This document shows positions 45,794 through 57,451 of a stretch of DNA of 64,000 bases, one piece after another. Numbering within the stretch: position 1 is the stretch's first letter; the number at the start of each line of letters is the position of its first letter. Made by a program: the position numbers and the translations under genes. Under the pieces are notes generated by a model. That model had not been told where the DNA came from. It saw nothing but the letters and a program-made list of their open reading frames with translations, and searched no databases. Source of the DNA: an uncultured Nitrospiraceae bacterium (GTDB taxonomy: Bacteria; Nitrospirota; Nitrospiria; Nitrospirales; Nitrospiraceae); contig CAVSTP010000004.1 of assembly GCA_963730935.1 (NCBI GenBank), forward strand, positions 384,001 to 448,000, written 5' to 3'.

Positions 45794-47363
45794 TTACAGC
45801 CCGTCGAACACGTAGACGGCCCCGCTATTGGGAGCGTTGTTGTCGGCCTGAATGCCATTCACCCCAGTCGCATTACTATCTTCAAATACTGCTCCAACGG
45901 CCAGCGTATTGCCAGAAAGAGCGACACTTATCCCAAACTCATCTCCCGCGCCCGTGTTGGAGGCTTTCAGATAAGCTGTCTCCTCCCAAACCCCGGCAGT
46001 ACGCTTGAACACATAGACCGCGCCGCTGTCCGGTGCGCTATTGCTCACCTGATTACCATTGATCCCGGTCGAACCGCTGTCCTCGAGCCGTGCGCCAACA
46101 GCCACGATGTCTCCAGCAATGGTAATGGCTCCGGCGAAATTGTTACTATTTTCAGCGTGGGAGGCTTTGAGATAGGCTTGCTGAGACCAGACTCCCGCAG
46201 TACGCGTGAACACATAGGCAGCTCCCGAGTTGTTCACACTATTGTCGGCTTGATTGCCGTTGACCCCGCTCGAAGCACTGGATTCAAACCGCGCTCCGAC
46301 CACGACCGTATCACCGTCAAGATCGAGGCCCAGCCCAAACCTGTCGCCAGCATCGGTATTCGAGGCTTTGAGATAGGCCTGCTGAGTCCAGACCCCTCCG
46401 GTCCGCGTGAACACATACACCGCTCCGGCGAGCGGCGCACTATTGTCCGCCTCGTTGCCATTCACACCCGTTGCATTACTGGCCTCAAAGGGAGCTCCCA
46501 CCGCGAGCGTGTCGCCCGCGAGTGCAAGACCGTATCCGAACAAGCCCCCCGCGTTTGAGGCTTTGACATAGGCTTGCTGAGACCAGACCCCTGCGGTCCG
46601 CGTGAACACGTAGACGGCACCGCTGCCTGGCGCGTTATTGTTACTCCCATCATGATTGATGCAGCACGCTTCGCTGGCCTCGGCGATACGCTCCGACGGC
46701 TAACGTGTCGCCTTCCACGGCCACGCTGACGCCGAACTGGTCGCCCGCTTCAGTATTATGGCCTTTGAGGTAGGCCTGCTGCGACCACGCCCCTCCGGCC
46801 CGCGTGAACACATAGACGGCTCCGCTGTCTTGCGCGCTATTGTCGCTCTGACTGCCATTACTGTCCTCAAACTGAGCGCCCACCGCGATCGTGTCGCCTG
46901 AGATCGCCACGCTCACCCCGAACTGGTCGTTAGCGTCGGTATTCGAGGCCTTGAGATAGGCCTGCTGGCTCCAGACTCCCGCGGTCCGCGTGAACACATA
47001 GACGGCTCCGCTGTTTTGCGCGTTATTGTTCGCTTGGTCGCCATTCACCCCGGTCGCACTACTTCCCTCCTGCGGGGAGCCGACAACCAGCGTATCGCCG
47101 GAAAGTGCGACACTATACCCAAGGGTATCGTTAGCGCCGGTATTGGACGCTTTGAGATAGCCTTGTTGAATGAGCTGTGCCACGGGCGGTGGGGGTGGAG
47201 GTGGGGGTGGAGGTGTAGACGGCGGAGTGCTTCCCGGCGAAGTGCTTTCCGGCGGAGTGCTTGCGCTTCCATCCCCACCACCACTACACGCGCTAAGGAA
47301 CAGGCCTGCCAACAGCAATAGTGAGAGTGTTGAGGACAGTGGCCTTCTGGACAATCGCGTCAT
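45794..47363 (-). pseudogene. FG-GAP (integrin alpha beta-propeller) repeat lipoprotein with a +1 frameshift near 46688
   Basis: LSAC lipobox, poly-Pro linker, about 7 repeats YLKASNT..D.FG.SVA.SGDT.AVGA..E.S..SGAVYVFTR; removing one base restores AVGAIAEAS..NNAPGSGAVYV. Confidence 0.82.
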
Positions 47364-47729
47364 TTCTAGCTCCTACGGTGAAAATTGCCTCATATCACTA
47401 CCTACCGCCTACCGCGCGTGCATCATATACTCTCAATGTCAGATTTTCCAAAACCATTAAGGGGGGGACCCCCATCTTTTGGATGTAGGTGAAGTATATT
47501 ACTTAAAAAAATACCGTGAAGCATTTGAACGGCTCGAAACGCGCATCCGACATCCCGAACCTTCGGTCATAATGGCTGATCATGGCGTGGATGCACCAAT
47601 TTCGCGCATCTTCCAGCGTGTCAAAAACCAACCCATCCAGGGGCTGATCGCTCCCTCTTGCCGTTTGGCAGCATCATCGTGTAGCCGAAGGCGACGTGCT
47701 TGATCCGCTTCCCGAAGGCATCCTTGGTT

Positions 47730-47897
47730 GTCCATTCACGCATGACGCTTCGGTACGCACACCTAAGTCCCATGCACCTGCGCACGGCTGTAAAATCCTT
47801 GGATGGACCCACTCCTTTGTTTGACAAGAATGACCAATTGGCACATAAATTGGCACAAAGAGTAAAATCAGAGCATGCCTCTCAGCTAAACGATTGA
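47730..47897 (+). pseudogene. C-terminal remnant of a tyrosine recombinase/integrase
   Basis: HSRMTLRYAHLSPMHLRTAVKSLD (catalytic Tyr box II) directly upstream of the tRNA. Confidence 0.7.
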
Positions 47898-47908
47898 TCT
47901 TCAAGCAT

Positions 47909-47985
<77 letters not shown>

Positions 47986-48351
47986 AGTTTTCCAAGGGGT
48001 TATCCGAAGGAAAAATGGAAAATAGTGAAGATGGTGCGCGGGTGGTGCGCATCCTCACAGTGTCAATAGCGCGTCAGTCGTCGATTTTCCATTCTCATTG
48101 CCTTATGCTACCCGGAGAAGAAACCGTGGTAACAGCAAGAGGGCTGTTTAAGCTTTTTAGCATTTCCTGAGACGGGTCTCGCACTTCTTCCTTCCTTTTC
48201 TCTCCCCGCAAATGTCCTTGACCCTCAGTTAAGCAGACTCAAGGGTCAGCGAGCCAAGACGTGGTGCGCGGGTGGGGCGTGGAGAGGGTGTGAGAGGATC
48301 TACTTTGTGGGCACCGGCTAAGCCAACGGTGTTGTGCCAGCGGAGCAGCGC

Positions 48352-49293
48352 TTAGAGGGAGGCCAGTTTTTTGCACATGTCTGCGATCTGGCGCTGCACA
48401 CTGGGACGCAGTTTGGTAAAGGCGAGCCCAAACTCGTGAGGACGACTCCACTGGACAGTGGCCTCCTCCACACTGAACGGGTTGCCTCCCTGCGGATAGA
48501 TCCAGCATTCGAGGGTGGTGCCAAGAGGTACTCCCGCAGGACTGGAAATGCGGCAGCCACACGGCGAGAGGTCTCGGAGTTGACCCTCACCGGCCACGAC
48601 CTGACTTTTCGAGGAAAACTGGCTCAAGAGCTGGACGGCCACACGACCATGACGGCGTTTCTCTCGGTGACCTCTCTCAGCCTGGACGGATCGATTCGCT
48701 GGGACTAGCGAATTGCCGCGCTTCAGAACGCTCTCTAGTTTTCCCCGAGCAGCCGTGCCCCAGCGAGGGATCTCGAGCGTCTCCGTGTACGACACGAGCC
48801 GCTGCAAAGTCTGACTCATCAGAGAAGCTAGCTGGGGCTTGAGTTGTTCCCAGATGTACACGACGTCTACTTCCTCACGAGACGCCTCTGGTGGGGGAGG
48901 GGCTTCCATTTCTAGTGGGCCCGCACTCAATTTTTGAATCCGAGTCTCGACGTCCTGGAAAGTCGGATCCTCGCGTCGAATCCGCCGATAGACGACCAAG
49001 GCCTCGAAGTCCCGATCGAGCGATTCTAACGTCTGGGCAAGCATATACAGGATGTGCACGCGTTCCTTGGTGGAAAAAGGCCCCGTCTCGAAGGCCTGAC
49101 GAAAGGCCGTGACCGCTTCCTCCGGACGATTCAGAGTCTTAAGGCAAAGCGCGACCTGCGCAAAGGCTTTCCCGGCCTGCTGCGGGTCCTTCGTCGCTTG
49201 CTGAAATTCCTTGAGCGCCGCGTCGAAGCTTTGGACTTTCTTCATGAGTAGCCCGCGCTCATAATGCTCGGCTCCGGGCGTGTCCTGTGCCAT
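48352..49293 (-). CDS. TPR + PilZ domain protein (copy 1)
   Basis: GGAGGAGG RBS; TPR helices; EKRRHGRV, GEGQLRDLSPCGCRI, EFGLAF. Confidence 0.85.
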   Translation of the reverse strand: MAQDTPGAEHYERGLLMKKVQSFDAALKEFQQATKDPQQAGKAFAQVALCLKTLNRPEEAVTAFRQAFETGPFSTKERVHILYMLAQTLESLDRDFEALVVYRRIRREDPTFQDVETRIQKLSAGPLEMEAPPPPEASREEVDVVYIWEQLKPQLASLMSQTLQRLVSYTETLEIPRWGTAARGKLESVLKRGNSLVPANRSVQAERGHREKRRHGRVAVQLLSQFSSKSQVVAGEGQLRDLSPCGCRISSPAGVPLGTTLECWIYPQGGNPFSVEEATVQWSRPHEFGLAFTKLRPSVQRQIADMCKKLASL

Positions 49294-49642
49294 ACGGACC
49301 TCCTCCAGGCTGGCGGTGTGACTCGGAGGAATAGGTGAGCAAGAATAACGCCGGTCTGACGCGCCCCGTGTGAGCCCGAAATCAATCAGTTCGCCATTCA
49401 CGCGCGCCGCGGAGGTGATGGCCAGGTCCAACACAACGCCCGGAAACGTACGCCAGGCGGGCGTCAGCGGGAATGTCTTTCCTGTCGGCGAGAGGGGGTG
49501 CCCTGACCCTCAGCTAACCGAGCAGAGGGGGCATCGAGGGAGAAAAACATGGTGCGTGGAGGGGGGTCAATGGGATCGATTTTGCCGCGTCCTGCACACC
49601 GAGGTCGTTGAACTTCTTACTCCCTCGAAATTTCGGATCGAA

Positions 49643-49687
49643 CTTCTAAGTTGAGGGTCGCTGGTTCGATTCCAGCCGGGCGCACCA
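49643..49687 (+). repeat. 3'-half duplicate of tRNA-Arg(TCT) (attR-like)
   Basis: CTTCTAAGTTGAGGGTCGCTGGTTCGATTCCAGCCGGGCGCACCA, one mismatch to the tRNA 3' half. Confidence 0.92.
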
Positions 49688-50229
49688 CAAAATCAACGGC
49701 TTATCTCTCTCCTGCCTCTGCTACGAGCAACGCGCCACGATGCGCTGCCTCGATAGCTGTTGGTTTGACGATCCGATCCAGCTACCGATCCCGAACAAAC
49801 GGAGGCGCTGAATGGTCCGAAGCGGTTGGTCATCCAACAAACACGATCGTCAATGCAGTAGAGAGAGAAAGCGGACGCCGATCATGAACAGGGTGATGCC
49901 GCTGGCCACGATCAACAGGTTTAGGATGATGTCCCCGATGTACGGGAGTGCACTGGAAGGGAATGCGAGACGCACGCGATCCAATAACCAAGTTGTCATG
50001 AAATGGTCCCTCAATGTGAGAGCTAAGTCTGCATCAAAACCTAATCAAATGATATAGGTCTGAAGGGGGGTATTGTATGGACGAATGCCTAGTCCAGGTC
50101 AACATCGGCAATGCCTCCTCCTAGAGCCTGAAATTCCTCAATCTAGAGCGTTTCCTAGTCCTCTTCCTGACCTGCCTGCCCCCTCTCTATTACTGACACA
50201 ATTGCCCCTTACATCATTGAGGAACCTCT

Positions 50230-50691
50230 ATGGCTGGCTCCAAGACTACGACTGTCCTACTCATGGATCCCAACAAAGATGACCGGCAACATTGGAGGAA
50301 ACGACTCAAAAGCTCTTCTTCACACTATAAAGTTTTCGCGGCCAAGGACGCTGAAACGGGGCTAGCCGTCTGTCAATCTGAGCGAATCGACTGCGTCGTG
50401 ATGGAACTTCATCTTCCTGATATGTCGGGGTTTCAGGTACTTCTTCGTTTGAATCCAATCATATGCCGTTCTCTTCAAACTCCGGTCGTCGCACTATCTA
50501 ATTTCACGGACCCATCGATTGCCGAGGCGGCAAAACAACTTGGCGCACAATCGTACCTCATCAAATCTCAGGCATCCGGCGATGATCTACACCGAGCCAT
50601 CCAGACAGCAATTCTTAGAGTAGAGGAAACCCGCAAGGAAGTTTACAAGCTGAAGACCGAGACGCACTTTGCTGAGAAGTCTGCAGCCTAA
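50230..50691 (+). CDS. Response regulator receiver protein (atypical; Glu at the phosphoacceptor position)
   Basis: VLLMD, DCVVMELHLPDMSGFQVL, LGAQSYLIK. Confidence 0.8.
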   Translation: MAGSKTTTVLLMDPNKDDRQHWRKRLKSSSSHYKVFAAKDAETGLAVCQSERIDCVVMELHLPDMSGFQVLLRLNPIICRSLQTPVVALSNFTDPSIAEAAKQLGAQSYLIKSQASGDDLHRAIQTAILRVEETRKEVYKLKTETHFAEKSAA

Positions 50692-50789
50692 ACCGCTGTC
50701 TAAATCAGTTCGCAGCGATCTTCGGTTCGGCTTTCCGTAGCCGACAGGCTCTCGGAAGTCTTAAGATGGAGTTCGCGCCGTGGAGGATC

Positions 50790-51176
50790 CTAAATCGCTG
50801 GATGAACGGCTTTAATCGCAGGGTACAGTTCTTCCAACGCCATTGATTTCAGATAGACCCCTACTGCCCCAGCTCGTTCCATCGCATCGGTGTTGTAATC
50901 ACCCGCATACTCTGACAAGCCGATAATTTTCACATGGGGATACTTGGCGCGAATCTCCCGAGCCGCAGCGATCCCATCTAATGCGGGCATGCGAATATCC
51001 ATCACCACAATGTCTGGTTGAAGTCTTTCCACGGCGGCAATGGCTTCTTCACCATTGGCTGCCTCGCCAACCAATTCCATATCGCGGTAGCTTGTGAGGA
51101 TATTCTTGAGAATCCGCCGGACCAAGGATTCATCATCTACGAGTAACACGCGTATAGGTGCTCGTGTAGATGTCAT
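50790..51176 (-). CDS. Stand-alone response regulator receiver (NarL-like REC)
   Basis: VLLVDD, VGEAANGEEA, PDIVVMDIRMP.LDGI. Confidence 0.9.
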   Translation of the reverse strand: MTSTRAPIRVLLVDDESLVRRILKNILTSYRDMELVGEAANGEEAIAAVERLQPDIVVMDIRMPALDGIAAAREIRAKYPHVKIIGLSEYAGDYNTDAMERAGAVGVYLKSMALEELYPAIKAVHPAI

Positions 51177-51748
51177 AGTTCACCCCGATGTTAAGTGGGG
51201 GACCTCAGTCAAGGACAACATAACATGGCTGACCATTTTGTTTTACTAGCCAAACGCATAGGTGACGTGATCCTACAGCGTTGTAGCCGAACGTTACCAG
51301 GCTCGAAATGGCATCTATTTCGGAGACGGCATCGGGCATTCCGAAGGATCGCGGCCAAGCGGGACCAACAGTCCTACAGGACAATGCGAAGCCCTCACTG
51401 GATCAAGAACAAACGAAATTGCACGTTATGCTGTGGCCACGGGCGTGAGAAAACGAGAGGACGCCTGCACAACCAGGCTACGCCGCTTGGATTTTCTGGG
51501 CGAAGTAGTCGTAACACGCAGGGCAGAAGCTATGCGCCAGACGGCAGGTGGTGGGATCGAGCCCCGTTGCGTCTCGATAGTCTTTCTTGCTGAGCCAGCC
51601 CGCTTGCCATGTCTCTCGATCGTCATGCACCAGCCCACAGAGATGACGGATCAGAAGTACGTGGGCGTCCGTTCCGAGGTGAGAAGTGGACATATAACTA
51701 ACCTCTAACTAACCTCACTCGATGCAATGAAAGTAGACGACCTTCTCA

Positions 51749-51940
51749 TCAAGCGGCGCTGGCCAACTTCGACCTGTCACCGGCGTACCATCGACAATCG
51801 CAGGCGTGACAGACGAGAAACTCGACGGATACGCCACTGTACACGTCGTTCTCAGTTTCGGGGGTGAGCATGCCGCCGCACATCCAGCATCGCGAGATCA
51901 AGTATCCCATGGGAGGATTTGTTTTGGCGCGAGTGTTCAT
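51749..51940 (-). CDS. Small Zn-ribbon-like protein
   Basis: CWMCGG.L ... CHAC..RW. Confidence 0.4.
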   Translation of the reverse strand: MNTRAKTNPPMGYLISRCWMCGGMLTPETENDVYSGVSVEFLVCHACDCRWYAGDRSKLASAA

Positions 51941-52385
51941 GCTCTCAGCCTACGCCCAAGGGAGGGGGAGGCGCCTATCAGGAAAGACCCGCGAGGGGAT
52001 CTCACAGGTGAGGTCGCTCACTGGCGACACGGCGGCAGGACAATGCGCGGAATCCTCACTGGATCAAGATCAAGGATCCGGTACAGTCAGAGGGAAGGCC
52101 GAGCGGACTTGTTCAAGCGAGTAGGGTAGATCCTCGGTAGTTAACCAGCGCGCGAAACGACATGAAAAATCGGGCTTACAAGTTGGCAGCGAATACCGTC
52201 CAAATGCTCACGAACCGTGCAGGGCAGACCGGCACTATGGCAAGGAAGCGGCAGCATGGAGCAGACCAATGTGACGTATACAGGAGTGGCTTGCAAATGC
52301 CTCTCTGTGCCCATTGAGATACAGCGAATAGCGACTTATCGCACAGCCAATCTCACAACAACTCACTACTTCAGAGAATAGTGAA

Positions 52386-53303
52386 TTACGCCGGATTTGC
52401 GCAGAGGCGTGCGATTTGTCGTTCGACTTGCGGGGAGAGCTGGGCAAAGGCCAGGCCAAATTCCTGCGCATGACTCCAGCGCACCGTGGCGCCTTCGATC
52501 GTCAACGGTTCTACCCCGTTATGTGGAAAGATCCAACACACGATCTTGGCTCCGACAGGGACGGCGACGGAGCTTCTCAGCCGACAGCCCCCTGGGGACA
52601 GGTCTCGGAGCTCTCCCTCTCCGGCGAACGTCTGACTGCTGGAGGCGAACTGGCTTCGGCATCGAATCCCCACCCGCTTATGGCGGCGCTGTACCATCGG
52701 ATTGCGCTGAATCACTGCGGGACGGCCGGAAGCCACGAGGGGTGTGGCACGTCGCAGTGTGACTGCCTCCGGAGGGGTCTTTCGGCGCAACTTCTCCTTT
52801 TCAGTTGGTAACGCTGTCGGTTGCCGCTTCCAGTTGAGCAGCGACAGACTCCGGCGTTGAAGATAGCGGCAGATACCGAGCAAATCGGCCGATCTGAACG
52901 GACGGGTCAAGAACGTGGCACGTGTCCGGCTTCCACAGAGCTGTTTGATCCGATCATCGACATCGAGAAAGCCGCCGTCCGCCTGCCGAACCCAACCATA
53001 GGCTTCCAGCGCGTCCGCGTGGCGCCCTAACGATTCCAGGGTCTGTCCCAAGAGATAGAGTACATGCACCTGCTCATTGGGCGACAGAGTTGACGAGGCG
53101 AGCGCTTTCTCGAGTGCCGTGGCGGCTTCACCGTGACGACCCATGGCACGGAAGCAGAGGGCCGTCTGTGTATGGGCTTTGCCAGCATAGTTTGGATCCT
53201 GAATCGCGCTTTGGAAATCCGCCAGGGCTCGGTCGTACATCTTGGTCTGCCGTAGCATTCGACCGCGTTCATACAACTCACGTGCCGACATGCGTGTGTC
53301 CAT
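52386..53303 (-). CDS. TPR + PilZ domain protein (copy 2)
   Basis: GGAGG RBS; co-linear paralogue of 48352..49293; RRHKRV, GEGELRDLSPGGCRL. Confidence 0.85.
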   Translation of the reverse strand: MDTRMSARELYERGRMLRQTKMYDRALADFQSAIQDPNYAGKAHTQTALCFRAMGRHGEAATALEKALASSTLSPNEQVHVLYLLGQTLESLGRHADALEAYGWVRQADGGFLDVDDRIKQLCGSRTRATFLTRPFRSADLLGICRYLQRRSLSLLNWKRQPTALPTEKEKLRRKTPPEAVTLRRATPLVASGRPAVIQRNPMVQRRHKRVGIRCRSQFASSSQTFAGEGELRDLSPGGCRLRSSVAVPVGAKIVCWIFPHNGVEPLTIEGATVRWSHAQEFGLAFAQLSPQVERQIARLCANPA

Positions 53304-53687
53304 GCCTGGTCCTCCGTCATGGCGCCTCCAGAACGATTTGTGTCACCATTGAGCAAAAACAAGACCTGGCCATTCTCGCCCTCGATCCAGAAAACCAAAC
53401 ACTTAGGCGATGGACGCATGCACGCCGTGAGTTTTGGCGATCATAAACGTGCATTCGAGTGGGCTGACGTACACTCACACAGTGATTGACAAAAAATGTT
53501 CCACAGCATCTCTCGAAGGATCTCAGCCAGGTGTTGCAGTAAAGATGACAGGCCCGTAGAAGAAAATGGCTCCAATTAGGCGAAATACCGGGGGAAACCC
53601 GGTTCCTGCCAGGCTGGTATTACGAACCTCGAATATGAAAAGATAGAGATTCTAGTCCTTAAGCTGTCGATAGCGATTCGAAGCCCC

Positions 53688-56648
53688 ATGCGTAGGTTCT
53701 TTCGACCGATCCCACTCGCGATCTCCGCTCTCACGCTACTCTTGGTCTACACCCTGGCCGGTTTCTTCCTCGTTCCCCACATTATTAAGACCAAGGTCTT
53801 GCCGGCTGTGTCGGATCAGCTCCGCCGCCCTGTGACAGTCAAAGATGTCGAATTCAATCCTTTCGTGCTGTCGCTCAAAATGACCGAATTTGAAATCCAA
53901 GAGCAGGACAGCACTCCGCTAATCGGGTTCCAGGAATTCTTCATCAATTTTCAAACGAGCTCAATCTTTCACCGCGCGTATGTCTTTGATGAAATTCGAT
54001 TTGCACTTCCGTACGTTTCCGTCAAGGTAGGAAAAGACGGCCATGTCAATCTGGCCGCTTTAGGGCACTCGGAAGAGACTGCCCCATCTCCAGAAAAGGC
54101 AGCATCTTCCGAGGAGCCAGCCGCTCCTTCCTCTAGCCCTGCGACGGGATCTGACACTAGCGCGGAACTGCCCGCGGTCATAATCGGACATTTTGAAATC
54201 GCCCAAGGCATTGTGGAATATCGCGATGCGTCGAAAGCGAACCCCGTGTCGGTCGATGTGGTTCCCATCAATCTTAGTCTCAAGAACTTTCATACAAGAA
54301 GGGGAGGCGACAACAGCTATTCATTCGTTGCTGAGCTGGGCAAGAACGAGATCCTCGACTGGAATGGAACGGTGTCCCTTGAGCCGATCGCGTCGGAAGG
54401 CACCCTGTCGCTCAGCGGCGTTAGAATCGCGACACTGTTTCAGTACGTGCGGGACCAGTTTCAATTCGACATTCCCGAGGGAAACATCCGGGCGATCGGG
54501 CGATACCGGTTCGCGTTGGGCTCATCGCTCGACTTCGAAGTCAGCGAAACACTGCTGCACCTCACCGACGTCGGAATCGTGGAAAAAGGAAACCCCTCCC
54601 CTGTCATCACCCTCCACACGCTCTTCCTCGACGGAATTCATGCCGACCTTGCGCAGCGCAAAGTCGAAATTGAGAGTCTGAGTTTGAGCAAGGGAACAGA
54701 ACACATCTGGCGCAATGCCGACGGTTCGATCAATGTTCAGACCCTTTTCGTGCCGGCACACACCGAGACCAAAGAGGAACGTCCGGCACCCCGCAAGAGC
54801 CCGTCCTGGACCGTCTCACTCGCGGACGCGAAGATTGTGAACCACACTATTGAATTTGAAGACCGCACGCTGACGCTTCCGGCACGGATGAAGATTACCG
54901 ACCTCTCGGTGCACACGCATGACGTGGTCTTTCCATTCAAAGGACCCATTCCGGTGACTCTTGACCACCATCTCAACGAGACAGGGACCGTGTCGGCCGA
55001 GGGGAAGGTCGTCATGCAGCCGTTGCAGGCAGAGGTGACGATGGCGTTGAAGGATATCGCCATTCAGCCTTTTGAGCCCTACCTCGAGCCGTTCGCGCGT
55101 ATCACCGTCGACAGCGGCGCCATCGACCTCGATGGAACGCTCCGCTTCGCTTCCGAACATCCGAAGGGGCCGCTAATGGCCTTTGAGGGGAATCTTAGCG
55201 TGAAGACCTTGGCGATTGCTGAACGCGACGAGGGGGCTCTCGTGGCCTCATGGAAACAGGTTGGGTTGCGCGACATCGCACTCACGCTTGACCCGACGAG
55301 CGTCACGATCGAAGAAGTAGGCATCAACCAACCGACGGTGCATCTGGTGATTGATCGGGACGGCAAGCCTAACATCAAGAAATTGCTTCCTCCCCCCGGG
55401 GCGGCACACACGCCACCTCCTGCCGAACGACCGGCAGTGCAAACGAAAAAAGGACCGCCCCCTTCGATCGCGATCAAAACAGTCAAGGTGCTCAGGGGGA
55501 CGGCCACGTTCGAGGACCAATCTATCTCTCCGGCCGTGCAGGCCGGAATGTACGATCTGACGGGAACTGTGAAAGGCCTCTCGTCAAAACAGGTCGCAAA
55601 GGCGGAGGTGGACCTTTCCGGAAAGATCGATAAGGTGGCCCCGTTGAAGATCGCAGGAACGATCAATCCGTTGACGGAGAACGCTTTCACAGACTTGACG
55701 ATCAAATTCGACAATCTCGATCTCACCACAGCCACGCCTTACAGCGGTAAGTACGCGGGCTACCCAATCAAGAAAGGAAAATTGTTCCTGGCTCTGGCCT
55801 ACAAAGTATCGCAAAAGCAATTGGAAGCCGAAAACAAGGTAACGGTTGATCAACTCACGTTTGGAGAAAAGACCGACAGTCCCGACGCCACGTCCTTGCC
55901 GGTCCCTCTGGCGGTGGCGCTCTTGAAGGACCGTCAAGGCCGCATCGACATTGATCTCCCGATCCGAGGGGATCTCAATGATCCGGATTTCAAATACGGC
56001 AAAGCGGTCTGGGCGACCTTGGGAAATCTTCTGACCAAGATGGTGGCGTCGCCCTTCAGCCTCATGGGCAAGCTGGTTCCCGGCGGCGGAGATGGAGAGG
56101 AGTTGCAGCACCTGACCTTCGAGCCCGGGTCGGCGGCCATCGCTCCGTCAGAACTAAAGAAGATCGATGCACTGATGAAAGGGCTGGAGGAACGGCCCGG
56201 TCTGCGTCTCGAAATCACCGGCACCGCCGATCCCAGCCGCGACCGCCAGGCGATGGCGCTACAGAAATTGCACGAATTGCTCCGCAGTCGTTGGCGGCAG
56301 GAGAACGGCAGCACAGTAGAGGCTGACCTGCCCGTGAGTGCGGAAGGACGGCTGATCACCCAGCTCTTCGACCAATTGCCTCGCCAACAGTCATCCGAGT
56401 CTAAACCACCGGATGCCGCGTTCAAGCCGCCCACCATGGAGGAGATGAAGCGCCAACTGGCGGAATCAATTCGAGTCGATGACGACGCGCTTCGCGCTCT
56501 GGCCCGCACGCGCGCCGCGCAGGTGCAAACTCTCATGATAGGGGACGGCAAACTGCCGGAGGAACGCGTGTTTTTGACCGATGTGGACCTTACCACGTCC
56601 AATCATGACAAAGTGGAAAGCCGTCTTAATATCACGACCGGATCGTAA
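53688..56648 (+). CDS. DUF748-domain (AsmA-like) envelope protein
   Basis: N-terminal TM YTLAGFFLVP; V.FNPF.L; PYSGKYAGYPI.KGKL.L.L.Y; LPVPLAVALLKDRQGRIDIDLPIRGDLNDPDF; OmpA-like tail. Confidence 0.88.
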   Translation: MRRFFRPIPLAISALTLLLVYTLAGFFLVPHIIKTKVLPAVSDQLRRPVTVKDVEFNPFVLSLKMTEFEIQEQDSTPLIGFQEFFINFQTSSIFHRAYVFDEIRFALPYVSVKVGKDGHVNLAALGHSEETAPSPEKAASSEEPAAPSSSPATGSDTSAELPAVIIGHFEIAQGIVEYRDASKANPVSVDVVPINLSLKNFHTRRGGDNSYSFVAELGKNEILDWNGTVSLEPIASEGTLSLSGVRIATLFQYVRDQFQFDIPEGNIRAIGRYRFALGSSLDFEVSETLLHLTDVGIVEKGNPSPVITLHTLFLDGIHADLAQRKVEIESLSLSKGTEHIWRNADGSINVQTLFVPAHTETKEERPAPRKSPSWTVSLADAKIVNHTIEFEDRTLTLPARMKITDLSVHTHDVVFPFKGPIPVTLDHHLNETGTVSAEGKVVMQPLQAEVTMALKDIAIQPFEPYLEPFARITVDSGAIDLDGTLRFASEHPKGPLMAFEGNLSVKTLAIAERDEGALVASWKQVGLRDIALTLDPTSVTIEEVGINQPTVHLVIDRDGKPNIKKLLPPPGAAHTPPPAERPAVQTKKGPPPSIAIKTVKVLRGTATFEDQSISPAVQAGMYDLTGTVKGLSSKQVAKAEVDLSGKIDKVAPLKIAGTINPLTENAFTDLTIKFDNLDLTTATPYSGKYAGYPIKKGKLFLALAYKVSQKQLEAENKVTVDQLTFGEKTDSPDATSLPVPLAVALLKDRQGRIDIDLPIRGDLNDPDFKYGKAVWATLGNLLTKMVASPFSLMGKLVPGGGDGEELQHLTFEPGSAAIAPSELKKIDALMKGLEERPGLRLEITGTADPSRDRQAMALQKLHELLRSRWRQENGSTVEADLPVSAEGRLITQLFDQLPRQQSSESKPPDAAFKPPTMEEMKRQLAESIRVDDDALRALARTRAAQVQTLMIGDGKLPEERVFLTDVDLTTSNHDKVESRLNITTGS

Positions 56649-56735
56649 GTAGTTCCCTCTTGAACTTGCTTCCGAGGGGACAGTATCGTAGATCGGTCAT
56701 TCGCTCATCAGACTTTGATCACAAGGAGGTCAGTC

Positions 56736-57371
56736 ATGGCTCTACGATTGGGAGATGAAGCCCCGAATTTTACCGCTGAGACCACCGAAGGCACGATTAA
56801 CTTTCATGAATGGCTGGGTAACGGCTGGGGTATCCTCTTTTCTCACCCCAAGGATTACACCCCCGTTTGTACGACCGAACTGGGGACGGTGGCAAAGATC
56901 ACGAACGACTTCAAAAAGCGGGGAGTCAAGGTGATTGCCATCAGCGTCGATCCACTGGACTCTCACAAGGGATGGATCAACGACATCAATGAGACCCAGC
57001 ACACGACAATGAATTACCCCATCATTGCGGATCCGGACAAGAAGGTCGCCACCCTGTATGACATGATCCACCCCAATGCGTTGGATAATATGACGGTCCG
57101 CTCGGTCTTCGTGATCGGGCCGGACAAAAAAGTCAAGTTGACCTTGACCTATCCGGCGTCATGTGGACGGAATTTCGATGAATTATTGCGCGTGATCGAT
57201 TCACTCCAGTTGACCTCGAAGTTCAAGGTGGCCACTCCGGCTAATTGGAAAGACGGCGAAGACTGCATCATTACGCCAGCGGTCAACAACGATGAAGCCA
57301 AGACCCTGTTCCCGAAAGGCTTCAAGACGGTGAAACCCTATCTCCGGTACACGCCACAGCCCAACAAGTAA
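56736..57371 (+). CDS. Peroxiredoxin (Prx6/1-Cys type)
   Basis: AAGGAGG RBS; FSHPKDYTPVCTTE; YPASCGRNFDELLRVIDSLQ; ATPANW. Confidence 0.95.
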   Translation: MALRLGDEAPNFTAETTEGTINFHEWLGNGWGILFSHPKDYTPVCTTELGTVAKITNDFKKRGVKVIAISVDPLDSHKGWINDINETQHTTMNYPIIADPDKKVATLYDMIHPNALDNMTVRSVFVIGPDKKVKLTLTYPASCGRNFDELLRVIDSLQLTSKFKVATPANWKDGEDCIITPAVNNDEAKTLFPKGFKTVKPYLRYTPQPNK

Positions 57372-57386
57372 TCTCAGCGCGGTAGA

Positions 57387-57432
57387 ACAGAGGGCGGGAA
57401 GGCGCAGTGGCTTCTCCCGCCCTCTGTGTTTC
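57387..57432 (+). terminator. Probable intrinsic terminator after peroxiredoxin
   Basis: ACAGAGGGCGGGA ... TCCCGCCCTCTGT stem followed by GTTTCT. Confidence 0.65.
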
Positions 57433-57451
57433 TGAGCCGTGGAGCACCGTC

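Larger units (their letters stand above)
47986..49687. mobile_element. Small islet between the tRNA and its 3'-half duplicate
   Basis: Flanked by direct repeat of tRNA 3' half (47941-47985 vs 49643-49687). Confidence 0.65.

Noticed and set aside
45794..47180. Regularly spaced near-identical DNA repeats (CGCGTGAACACATA.., GAGATAGGCCTGCTG)
   Set aside because: Explained by FG-GAP protein repeats
47621..47745. Minus-strand peptide WTTKDAFGKRIKHVAFGYTMMLPNGKRER as an inverted integrase N-terminus
   Set aside because: Resemblance is too short to support without a search
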